DNA of 63,019 nt, the filler included, from Lenisia limosa (lineage: Eukaryota; Protista; Breviatea), in the NCBI GenBank assembly GCA_001655205.1. It is 12 parts of 12 records of this genome, joined end to end, with 100 filler letters (N's around TTAATTAATTAA, not from the genome) between each part and the next. Parts side by side here need not be neighbours in the genome. Positions count along the whole stretch, not along the records: positions 1 to 21,630 come from LPNZ01001435.1; positions 21,731 to 24,588 come from LPNZ01009460.1; positions 24,689 to 28,454 come from LPNZ01009025.1; 9 more parts are not named here. One strand, given 5' to 3'. A program made the translations under genes and the position numbers. Position 1 is the stretch's first letter, and each line of letters starts with the position of its first letter. Under the pieces are notes generated by a model that saw nothing but the letters and a program-made list of their open reading frames with translations, ran no database searches and was not told where the DNA came from. Below are positions 13,501 through 24,814 of this stretch, one piece after another.

Positions 13501-15579
13501 GAATTCAACATGATTTGTTATTGCGAATGGATTGTTGCTTGATCTGGTCGTGAACAATATTACCTTTTTTGATACATGAATTACACTACCCAGACATTCA
13601 CCCATATAGATTTGAAAAGTTCATTGCAGGAGGCATGCAAGTCAGTCTCATGGTATCTATTGATTTCACTCTGTCCAACGGGTGGGTTCGGATTCTTTCA
13701 CTACTTCTCGAGCTTTCCTACAAATATGCTCTGATAAATATTGATGGTTTCTTCGTCTTTTTGGACTATGGGAAGGCGAAGGTGAAATGAATAAAACCAT
13801 CAATATTTATCAAAACATATTTGTCTTAAGGGAAGATTTCTGCTCTATACATACTATTTTATATTCCATTTCATGAACACCGCAGACCTCCAAATCAGCC
13901 CACCTCCTTGCACTACGACCACCCCCAACAGCCCTCGCAATACAACCGATGTCTGCAGCAAGTGGCTAGTATTCTTGAGCCCTATGACTTTGACGGCTCT
14001 TTCCCCGTGAGAGGAGTGGTAATATGGGGAGGGATACTTCTGGACCGTCTGTTATGTGGAGAGAACTTATTGCTGTTTGGTTTTCTCATTCCAGATAAGG
14101 ATCCCATCCATCTTTATCCCTTCTCTAATAACGCAATAGATCCTTGGTTTCGGTGGCAACGTCCCAAATATTGGAGTGTCACATTGCTTCAATCTTGCCA
14201 ACACTCCTGAAGTCCGTGGAGTGGACGGCTTGGTTGCCGCATATCTGAACGCTCTTCAGGTTTGTTGTTGACAATACTGGTTGTACAAAATGATGAATCA
14301 GAGCAAGTTAAAACGGAGTTCTAAAACAAAATCGAACATTCTATTATTTCTTGTAATACGACATTTAGCGTAGGCAATCATTGTGATAATAATGGTGTTG
14401 ATTCAGAAGCTTGGGCTAATATCCACATTCAGTCTCTGTTTTATTCACCAATTTAGCATGTTGCCTTATACGGACCTACTAACTTTGCTCCGACAATCAG
14501 ACAGGCGATTTCGTGGGCCTCCGAAGGCGAAGCGTGTTGCCAATCCTACCAGAAATACTCTGTCCTTTTGATTATCACTGATGGTATGCTCATTATTCCA
14601 ATTATTGAAATGTGATATGGTGTGTATAATTATCTACGGTTAATAACAACAAATGGTAGCTAACTGCAATCTCGTAATGTCTGAGCTAAATTACTGAACT
14701 TAAAAGTTCTTACCAACAGGTGAAATCACCGATATGGATGAGACGATTGATGCTATTATTGATGCGTCGTATCTGGCCATGTCCATCATCATTGTTGGGG
14801 TCGGAAACGCCAATTTTGACAACATGGAGGAACTTGATGCTGATGATGGCTTACTGTCCAATGGGAGGAAAAAGGCCCTTCGTGATATTGTCCAGGTTTG
14901 TCTGAGCTCATTGCCTTCTTTTATATCTCACTTTTTAGTTTGTCCCCTTCAACACATACGCCCATGACCCTTCACAATTAGCAGCTGAAACCCTGGGTGA
15001 ATTGCCGGAACAGGTAAGAAACAGCGTTATCAGCGTTATATCATCATATGTGTTTGATATCAGTATAAGCGTATGGTGTGGACGGCTTCAGCCCGATACA
15101 ACCCTATTTGTTATTTCTCATTTCTATATATACATATCATATACTGTATCGATATACCTAGTATTAGTATAGAAAAGTCAGCCAACAGAGTTGATTTGTT
15201 TTTGTTTTTCATAAATTTTCTAATTTAACCCCCCCCCCCTCCTACGCTGGAGTGATTGCCTAGTTTCCAATTGTACCCCTACTCATCTGACCAGGTTGAA
15301 GAATTCATGACAATGAATAAAATCACCCCTCTCCCGGTACGCAGATCCTATATCGTGAACCTATTCATTTTGCATGATTGTAGATCTTGGTATACTACAT
15401 TTCTCGATAAACCCTCGAAAACTTGATATTTTTCTGGTCTTTTTCGAACCGAAGTGAAACCCTAATAATACATCATCAAAATCTTCTTCGCTTACCCCAC
15501 ACAGTCCCCAAACCATGGAATGGCCCCCTCAGGTCAGACCCAGGCCTTCATCACCATGCCCTCCGCACCTGCATTCTAA
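10510..15579 (+). CDS. Copine (C2A-C2B-vWA calcium-dependent phospholipid-binding protein); 5' start uncertain
   Basis: Exons SLINKDTFSKSDP, GSTEMVKDNLNPIFKK, IELPYVFEKAQSIRLE, LAARDLLKKDFFGKS/DPY, VIKKTLNPDWKPF, LLIEVFDWDSEKKSDFIGQ, GGMQVSLMVSIDFTLSNG, SLHY..QYNRCLQQVASILEPYDFDGSFP, LGFGG..VSHCFNL, YSVLLIITDG/EITDMDETIDAIIDASYLAMSIIIVGVGNANFDNMEELDADDG..RDIVQ/FVPF, LAAETLGELPEQ/VEEFM; stop at 15577-15579. These are hallmark copine motifs. Confidence 0.95.
12471..12615 (-). mobile_element. SINE-like element family C, copy in a copine intron
   Basis: Homologous to 17941-18092; flanked by AGGTATAGGAYA direct repeats at 12459-12470 and 12616-12627 (11/12 match). Confidence 0.8.
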
Positions 15580-15639
15580 ACTCATAGTTTCTGTTTTTGA
15601 TACTCTCTCTGGCTTATTATTTATTCTTCATGCAGAAAT

Positions 15640-18600
15640 TATCAGCAGTCATCATGAGCTGAACATTTGTTCTTTTATCAAGATGTCCAAATGACAAAAC
15701 ACCTAGACAGAATACATTATTAGACTATTACATAACTTAGAAGTTTGATAGAAGAGGGTTAGACGGCCGACTACAGAGTAAGCCTCAGGGATTACCATAT
15801 CAGAAAATGCAGCATTCAACCACACAAATGAAACCATAAAGTCGATTGATTATGAGGATATTGGGATATTAGTGACTTGTTTTTTGCCTACGCTTTGACG
15901 ACATCAGGTGAGATTTCGGCAGCAAAGTGCCTGGTTTCAACAGCCATGTGTCGCTGGTCGAACTGGGTCAACTAACTTAGTAAGAAATGCAGTCTGTACT
16001 TTGCCCTGGCTCTTCCATATCCTTCGATACACGGTGCCAAAGCCCCAAGTAACCACCCATAAAAGTGACAGGTGAAAAGCCTTGATCATATAATGGTGCA
16101 ACTAGGAATTCACTTCGGTTCGAAAAAACCCCTGAATTTCTCGAAAAATCCTCGAAAACTGTCCATATTTTACCTATCTTTTTCGAACTGAAGTGAAGCC
16201 CTTGGTGCAACCCCCCCCCCCCACAGAGTTTTCCTCAAGGTCTCCGGATGTGGCAATTGAGACCATACCGCCCGAGGGCTTGGCTGAAATTGGCGTGATT
16301 GGTCGGGTTTGCGCGGGTTTGCGCGTGCGGGTCTGAGGCTGATTAGAAAAGAAGCTTGGGGGGGGGGGGGTAAAATGGGAAAATTTATGAAACAAAAAAA
16401 AAGCCCAAAATCAACTCTGTTGGCTGACAACACGAGGGTTGATAACAACAAAACAAAAANNNNNNNNNNNNNNNNNNNNNNNNNNNNNNNNNNNNNNNNN
16501 NNNNNNNNNNNNNNNNNNNCTCATTACTCCTTTTTTTTTAAAAAAAAAAGCCAAAAATGAGAGCATTGAAGGAATTCCGTCATAGACCCCCCTATTATGC
16601 TGCCACCAACGGGAATGAGTGATTCTCTAGCCTTCCTCTTGACTGGGCTTGTTTGGAACGCCGACGTGGGAGATGCAGTGAGGTCCCGAGGGCCGCCAGG
16701 CGTGGCAGGACAGGTATCCTCGCCGAAGGAGGAGGCAGTGTAACTCTTCTCAAAAGCCTCGACTTCTGCATCGAAATCGGTGAAGGACGTGCTGTGTGTG
16801 CTGAAGTCCTGCGGGGCCATGGAGGGTCGGCTTGTCAGCATGGTCGCTCGTCGGGACTGTCGCTTGGTTAGATTTAAGGATAGGTATATTTATTTTTTCT
16901 TCCTTAATAAATGGATTCATTTACATTATTGATCTCAAAAAAATAAGTTTATGGTAGGTACAACATGACACTGCGACTATATAACTGGGTTGTACTATAG
17001 GATAGATGTTAAATGGAACACTTCTATCATGACAAGTCAAAGACAATTCCACAAACAGTAAACAGTGATGCTGGTCTGGCGGGGGCTGGGTTGGACTTGA
17101 TGGGAGAGTGGAAGAGGCGGGTTTTGGGCATGGTGGAGGAAACGATNNNNNNNNNNNNNNNNNNNNNNNNNNNNNNNNNNNNNNNNNNNNNNNNNNNNNN
17201 NNNNNNNNNNNNNNNNNNNNNTGTGGCTTGATTATAAAAGCCGAATGGGGGAGGAGAGAAGAAGAGTAACGAGGAAGAAAAAAAATACAATAAAGAGAAA
17301 AAACAATTTAGGCTTACCAGGAGGAGAAATGGGTTCCTCAAGGGTGGGAATAGGGGGGTGTCTCATTGCCCCGAAGGCAATAGTGGGTTTCTGAGTGGAG
17401 TTCGGTGGTGGAGGGCCTGGATATTGTTAATACTGTGTAATTTCAAAATTTGAGATGTTTATTTTACGTCCATCTGAGGTGACCCTGGGATTAGTGTTGC
17501 CAAGCAGAATGGAACCTCATATCTTGAGCTTGTACACAGAAAGGTCGAACCTGAACGCTGAGCGGGAGTTCTAAGGTTGAGTCTGCGAGCGGGGGTCATT
17601 GCANNNNNNNNNNNNNNNNNNNNNNNNNNNNNNNNNNNNNNNNNNNNNNNNNNNNNNNNNNNNNNNNNNNNNNNNNNNNNNNNNNNNNNNNNNNNNNNNN
17701 NNNNNNNNNNNNNNNNNNNNNNNNNNNNNNNNNATTTGCTTGTTTAAGAGGCCCAATCGAATAAGTCTCACGAGCCCAGCTATTATTTTGGTACTCTGAG
17801 TTTTTTTTTTGTTTTTTTTATGAGAACAAATATATGAATCTGTGTTCTTGCGTGTTTACCTGGAGGGGACGCTTCTTTGGCTGGCGCTCTCCTTGACGGT
17901 TTTGCAGCAGGCTCTGGTCAATAAAAGAGAGTATCCCATATATAGCAATGAGAAATAACAAATAAGGTTGTAGCTGGCCGAAGCCGTCCACACCATCACG
18001 CCTATAAGAGATATTGGATTACAGTATAATATCAATTCACCCAATCATTTGTCTTACAACCTGTGCAAACAGCTTTCTGCGTGCCTCCCAGCAGAGAGTA
18101 TCCCATAGTCAAAGAAGTACAATCTTACAGTATAGTATCCGCCATATATACACTTATAATATAAGATAGAATGCATGAGTTAATACGTGAACTAGATCAT
18201 TGACACTGAATGAATAAGACTAGTGAACAAAATCATTGACACTGAATGAATAAGCACTTCACATCTTGAAGTTTTGTTGATAAAAAGGTCTGTGGAGAAC
18301 AAACGTAGCTTTCTAGCAAGTTACCTGGTTTGGTCGGACCGGGAGTTCGGACAGCCGGCCCCATAGTCAATCGTCGACTCGATACTTCGCCAAACTGCCG
18401 CGCCCCTACATCGTCAGGGTCATCGTCATATCATATGATGTGATACATTGTATGCTCTAATTTTTCCAAGATTTTTAGCTACTATCCGGGGGACTAGGTT
18501 CCTCAAGCCCAACGCAAACTATGCTTCGATAAATATGACTCAATGCCACGTCACTCCCAAAAAAACAATCCTCAAAAGTCACGGTTTCAAATATGGCTCA

Positions 18601-21600
18601 CTTGGCTGGGCTGTGGGCGTTTTGGGGTTGGCTGTCGTTCGTGGTCCCCGCGACCGTGTTGCTGAAGTTGTCCTTTTGGGCCCCGGAGCTTCTAGAATAG
18701 TTACAAAATAATTGGGTGATGAATATGGAGTGTTCCTTTTGAAAAGCGATGCTCACGCCTTGGCAATTCCCCTGTACCCTCAGTTTTGTTCTGCTCGGAG
18801 GCTAAAACTCGCTGTGGTCCGGCGAGGATGCTATTCCGGGCCGGCTTCACATTCTGCAGAGAATAAGGGTGGGTGGTAGATGTTGATTTCGAAAAAAGAA
18901 AAATGTTTTCTGGTGAATTACAATCGGAATTGAAGCAATTCTTACCGGGTTGCCAAGGGTAGCTCTTCTAAAAGCACGACTAAAGGGGTGAAGGAGAGAA
19001 TGGGCGATCGAACGACATAGATATATACGTGTATATATCGTATGTATAAACATACAATGACAGGGATAAGTCTTCCGTTTTTCCTTAGGAAATCACATAG
19101 CAATTGGTCAAGACTTATCCCGGCTGTATCATATCATATATATATTCATATGATATATAATATTAGAAAAGTATCAAGTGCATATAATATCGGGGAATTT
19201 TTTCAGTATTTAATTATTTCCATGCAGATAAGCAGCCACCACACGGCCCATACCAACATGGGGTCATGTTGATGCTGGCGCTGTTCCTTCTGAAAGAAGG
19301 CGTCCACGCTGTTCTCGCCCCCAAGAAGAGCACCGTCGGTCCACCCAAAGTCTTGAAAATGAGAGTTTTAGATAGCATTGATATTGATAATTAGAAACAC
19401 GACTTCTGATTAGTCCCAATAAATAGCATTCCACAAATATTTCACAAATTTCTACATTTTATCTGGCATACCATCCTCCTCTTTTTCAAATGATTGGGTC
19501 TGGTTCTGTCCAAAAGAAACACCAACGCGTGCCGTCTAAATCATTAGATCATGGTTCAAAGCTACAATAATTTTTCATAATTATAGCTATATACGTACAG
19601 TGACTGGGAGAAGCCAAGACCGAATTTCCTTGGGATATCACACAGCAAATCGGTCACGACTTATCCCGGTATCTGTATATACTATTACAAGATGTATCTT
19701 TATCCCAGGTGCTTTACAGTCTCAGGACCCACCACTGTCGGAGCTTTCCTCGTTGAAGAAGGCACAGTCTTAAGAGTTGCAGAGGGTGCTGCAGAGGGGT
19801 GAGAACAAAGAGACAGAAATCCTCTGTCTACTGTGTTAATAAGGCTTTTTTAGCTCTTTCACCTGATTTTAGCGAGCCTTTGAGAGCAGATTTCGTTGTT
19901 GGTACAGCTTCTGCGCTCCTATTCCTATAGTATTAACACAATGCCAACTATCTAAAATTTAGCATAAATAATGATAATGATAAGATGAAGAAATGATAAA
20001 AACAAAAGGAAGAGAAGAAGCTTACCACAATCATGAAACCCTGAAAGTTAGTTGGCTCGTTTTAGAATATTATAAATTGAAAAAGCACTATCACCCTACC
20101 TGGACGCAGTGGCAAAATGGAACGGCTGTGTAACTGTAGTCCGCCCCTAGGGATAAGAGATATACAGGTATGATTCTCGTGAAAAGGTAGAGAGTAGGCG
20201 AAAACTTGTATATTGTAATTTTTATGCTTACCCTTTGATGAGGAGCTCCCTGTTGAGCACCAGGAGCTCTGCGCTGCGGAAGCTTGGAAGTCTGAATGAC
20301 AGTTACAAAAAGGAAAAGGAAACTTGTTACTCACGCTTTCTTTTTTGAGAAATGACGACTTTCCAAATGGCCTGAAGACTTAGAAAAGACCAGAGAAGCA
20401 AAAGATGTCTGAAATCCTTACTTTGTTGGTGATCGTTGAGAGCCAAATGCCGTCCTTGGTTGCCCTTGGAGCTTTGATAGGTTTACAGGTTGATTGTTGG
20501 TCGCATTCTCTCCCCTTGACGACGGTTGGAAGCCAACAGAAACCTTCCGTGCTGCTGATCGGGTTATCATATGAGAGGTGTAGTGGTATAGGTATGTACA
20601 CTGTGCCTGCTTCTCTTTTTATCTATAACAGTTCAGACATTCAAACCAGGACACCCCAACCCAAATTCAAAACAAACTTAAAACCAAAAACAAAAACAAA
20701 GATCTGATGATCATGTTCCGGAAAGCGCCATACCTTAGGAGGCAACGAAGTATAAATGCCAGCCTGGCCTGATATTTTCATCACTCCGATCCTGCCGTTG
20801 TCTCACACATCCAAAAGTTGTGATAGTTCAATAGACAAGCAACAAAACAAATGTCAAAAGAAGTTGGCAGACAACCCAGAATAAGTAACACGGCCCAGAG
20901 CTGCTGGGACTATGTCATATCTAATACATTGTTCAGTAGAGGTCTATGGACCATCTAGCCATATAGAGACACCAATTATCGCCTTCATTGTCGTCTTTTT
21001 CTTCAACGACTTTTTCTTCAACGATGTTTACTTGATCATCTTAAGAGCAACCACGGGTTCAGTTTTTCGTTTATTTTTGAACTAGAGCAATTAGAAAGCA
21101 GTACAATATATCAACTTGCATAATAATCCAAAGCAAAGTACTTATTAATTTACCCTTACTTTTGATAATAATATTACAAAAAAAGGCGTCTGTAGCTTAC
21201 CAAAACTTGATTGACAGCAGAGAGCCAGGGCAAAACCGCTGGGTGACTGTCATTTAGAACATGAACGTTGTTACTAAAGTGTAAATATCAAAAGGAAGGA
21301 AATCATGTAAAAGTGGGAAAAAACCTGAGATATCCGGGAAGGCACAAAAATTGGAGAACCAACAAACAAGTCTTTTTGCATCAGCGCTTTAAGATGAGAA
21401 ACTAGTGTTGCCGCGTCCTTACAAAACTTTGAACCGCGACCAATCACTAAAAGGTCAAATATTCTCTCCTGCAAAAAACAACAACAAAAAAAAACGCTCA
21501 CAGGCTGGAAGAGGAGGGCACTTTGGTATATTGATTCCTTCTGCCTTAGATGGGTCGGAAGCAAATAATTCGGCAATTTCAGTTGCAGCATATTGGAGAA

Positions 21601-21620
21601 TGAGTGGGTTTGTCGACTAT
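15640..21620 (-). CDS. Large multi-exon Pro/Ser/Thr-rich protein of unknown function (5' end lost at contig join)
   Basis: Minus-strand exons, mostly GT-AG bounded, e.g. ERIFDLLVIGRGSKFCKDAATLVSHLKALMQKDLFVG (~21320-21470), DFGWTDGALLGGENSVDAFFQKEQ (~19260-19355), PGPPPPNSTQKP (~17330-17430), STSFTDFDAEVEAFEKSY (16524-16841 ORF). No domain recognised. Confidence 0.45.
16103..16203. mobile_element. hAT-type MITE family A (~100 bp; TIR consensus TAGGGCTTCACTTCGGTTCGAAAAAGAC)
   Basis: Terminal inverted repeats and perfect 8-bp TSD GGTGCAAC (16095-16102 / 16204-16211). Confidence 0.9.
17941..18092 (-). mobile_element. SINE-like element family C, 152-bp reference copy
   Basis: Perfect 15-bp TSD AGAGAGTATCCCATA (17926-17940 / 18093-18107), no TIRs. 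Related copies near 15062-15130, 37535-37650, 43791-43870, 44686-44797, 46820-46880, 47782-47826, 48955-49060, 49520-49572, 58765-58805, 61160-61262. Confidence 0.8.
19055..19675. mobile_element. Two Tc1/mariner-type MITEs, family D (19055-19126 and 19598-19675)
   Basis: CAGTGACCAGGATAAGTC-like TIRs with TA flanks; internal TTTCCTTGG..AATCAC..AGCAAATCGGTC. Confidence 0.75.
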
Positions 21621-21630
21621 CAGGTCACCA

Positions 21631-21730
21631 NNNNNNNNNNNNNNNNNNNNNNNNNNNNNNNNNNNNNNNNNNNNTTAATTAATTAANNNNNNNNNNNNNN
21701 NNNNNNNNNNNNNNNNNNNNNNNNNNNNNN
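21631..21730. other. Artificial contig spacer (N44-TTAATTAATTAA-N44)
   Basis: The same six-frame-stop 12-mer sits inside N runs at 21675, 24633, 28499, 36637, 38428, 42194, 45434, 48619, 50379, 55043 and 61855. Confidence 0.97.
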
Positions 21731-22299
21731 GATTAGTAAAAAGTTCACTGCTATAAAACAGCAGTATGCTATTATTCATATAAAAAAAAAAGCACGAAAG
21801 GATAGATATAGATGTGAGGAATCAATCCCGACACTTTCCAAGCTTACATAAAAAATGACTTTGAACCGTAGATTGAGGCAAGATAGAGGCAGTTTCTTAA
21901 AAAAATCTTGGGTAAAGGGAAATGAACTGAACTTTTCAGAGACTATTTCTAGAATTTTCTATAAAATTATTTCGTCTAATTTTTGATTTCGAAGCATTCA
22001 ATTTTTATAAAACTGCGATTTCAGTGTTTTATATGTACTTTTAGGTCAAAAAATGGCAATTTCAGAAAAGCGGTCGCGGTTATGTTACAGGTCGCGGTCG
22101 TGTGCACTCACCTATTAGTAATATATGATATATTATATATCACATAGTATATCATAATACCTTTCATAAATGAAAAAATCTTCAAAAAGCAGTCCTGGTG
22201 AAGGATGGTTTTGTTGTAGCATTTTGGAATTCTGCTTCTGTTAAAAATATTACCTTTAAATGAGTAGAGCTTGAGAAGAGAAGTGCACAAACCTGGTTG

Positions 22300-24520
22300 G
22301 GTTATAGAGGGAGTAGCATCCCCCAGGGTCCCCATATCATTGTCATGCAAGCTCAAAACGGAGAGGTTTGCCAGGTTACTCTTTCAGTTCCTTCTCAGTG
22401 TTATTTGCTGATCGATTAGGTGTTTGGAGCAGTGCTATTCGCCCCTGTTGTCCCTTCTGATGAGTACAGCAAAAATGGAGAGGTAGTTGAATTGCATGTC
22501 CCATTTTTTGAGCTTTTTTTATTGTTTTTTTTTTTTCAGTAATTTATATTTTCTTGACAGTTTAGACATTTGTCTTCGGCCTGGGCACCAGCAAAAATCC
22601 TCATTGCCAGCAGTTGTCAGTGGCTCGTCACGCCTTAAATTCGCCTATCTACCTCATGTCCAATGAGTGCATGTCTTTTGGCTCTGGGTTCGCTTGTTAA
22701 TTGACTTCACATTTTATCATTTATCATTGGGTCCATATATTAATATTAGTCACTTATTTAACTCTTCAGAGATGCTGGACCTTCACTATATGTCACAAAG
22801 AATATGCAAACTGGTATGTGTACTTTGCTTTTACAGGTTATTGTTGTGTGCACAACCCCCCCCCCCCCCCCNNNNNNNNNNNNNNNNNNNNNNNNNNNNN
22901 NNNNNNNNNNNNNNNNNNNNNNNNNNNNNNNNNNNNNNNNNNNNNNNNNNNNNNNNNNNNNNNNNNNNNNNNNNNNNNTTTTCTTTTTTTGATTTCCGGT
23001 GTTGAAGACTGGGAGCCTTTTGGCTCAAGGATTCATCATATGATTTTAATGATGTCCATATCTCGTTCTGTTGACTCGTTCACTTTCTCAATTTGTTTTT
23101 GTTTTCTGGAAACTCTTGAGTATTAGCTTTTGATGCCTCTTCTGCCACATCACTGGATTTTGTTCAATTTTCCCATTTTATCCCTCTTTATGGACATTAT
23201 TCTTCGTCATACTACCGCTTCCTTCTCCATCTCATCCTTCCTTTCCTTCCCTATGGACATCTAGGCTGGATCTCGTTCAAATGAAGAGGTAATCTTGACA
23301 TGCGTGACAAGATATAATTTCAAATAATAATTTGTCTGGACTAGGAACGAATTACTCTCGGGTTAGTGGATAAACAGAACCGTGTATCCATTCCACCTAT
23401 CCCCCCCCCCCNNNNNNNNNNACCAGAGATCTTACGATCAATTCTTCCTTCTCTTCCTCTATGGGATTGGTTTCCCAGGTATCAGGCTCCTCCTGTTCCT
23501 CCTCTTCCTTATCATCAGTCTCCTCGTCCACTTCCACAAATCCCCCCCCCCCCNNNNNNNNNNNNNNNNNNNNNNNNNNNNNNNNNNNNNNNNNNNNNNN
23601 NNNNNNNNNNNNNNNNNNNNNNNNNNNNNNNNNNNNNNNNNNNNNNNNNNNNNNNNNNNNNNNNNNNNNNNNNNNNNNNNNNACAAGCTTCGGTTGCTCG
23701 GGCTTATCAATGCCTTGGCGTCCAGATACTTATTCCAAGCGCTCCAATCAACCTCAGATGCAGGTTTCCAGGTTCCTCCTTTCACTTGCCCAGCGTCAAA
23801 TTGCCATCCTCTCCTCTCTTGTATTCAACCATCATCTTAGCTTCTTACTCTCTCCAGGCTTTATTGCGGCTTATGATAGCGGACAATCTCTCCAGGCTCA
23901 TACAAAACCACTCTTCCAACCGTCTAATCGGAATTTTCTTTTCTCTTGCCTTGCTCTTCTGCAAATACTCCATCACGTAGCTCTCTTGCATCCTTCCATC
24001 TTCTTGCGATGTCCTCGGCCATTTCTCCTGCAGACTCCCTCCCCTCCCCCCTCCCNNNNNNNNNNNNNNNNNNNNNNNNNNNNNNNNNNNNNNNNNNNNN
24101 NNNNNNNNNNNNNNNNNNNNNNNNNNNNNNNNNNNNNATTGGTAGATGTACGAATAGCAGCCAGACACCCCCCCTTTCTCCTTTAATAATTCGTCAAAAT
24201 CCCCGGTTTCTAATCATATCTTTACCCCCCTCCCCAGCGTCCTTAGCGGTGAGTGATACCTTTGAACCCCATGTGCTCATATCCGACGTATCTGAGAGTG
24301 ATGTGGCGCAAATGGCTTCTCCAGTCCCGCAGCTCAGTTTCGACTTGGATGCTCCTTCTCTTGGTAGGCTGCGGTTATGATTACAGATGGGGTGTACTTT
24401 TTATTTTGCGTTGTATTTTTTTCACTTCCATAGCGTATCGTTCGGGGCTTGTGAACGTGAGTCATGTGGAGGTGTGGGCGTTGGTCGACGCCGATGGGGT
24501 CTGTATCTAGTCTAATTAAA
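22300..24520 (-). CDS. Multi-exon protein of unknown function with acidic tract
   Basis: Exons QPTKRRSIQVETELRDWRSHLRHITLRYVGYEHMGFK (~24260-24375), RGGWQFDAGQVKGGTWKPASEVDWSAWNKYLDAK (~23685-23820), EVDEETDDKEEEEQEEPDTWE (~23435-23535). Confidence 0.45.
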
Positions 24521-24814
24521 TAATTTAACGTTTGTCTTGATGTATTTATGTTTCTTTTTTTGAAATTCACTGGGTCGTCCAATAAATCNNNNNNNNNNNN
24601 NNNNNNNNNNNNNNNNNNNNNNNNNNNNNNNNTTAATTAATTAANNNNNNNNNNNNNNNNNNNNNNNNNNNNNNNNNNNNNNNNNNNNGAGGCGGCTATG
24701 TTAAGCACCAAAAGGGGGAGGAGGAGCACCATATTATCATTATTATCATTATTTTGTTATTATTATTATTTTCCACCATCACAGCATTCAATCACACCGC
24801 TTTAGAAGATCTGG

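Noticed and set aside
15995-16080. WGFGTVYRRIW resembling a kinase Gly-rich loop
   Set aside because: No VAxK, HRD or DFG motifs in the following exons; frame uncertain.
21020-21075. Kinase-like VALKMI motif on the minus strand
   Set aside because: The frame stops immediately; a TAAG acceptor gives DDQVNIVEEK.. instead, and no other kinase subdomains were found.
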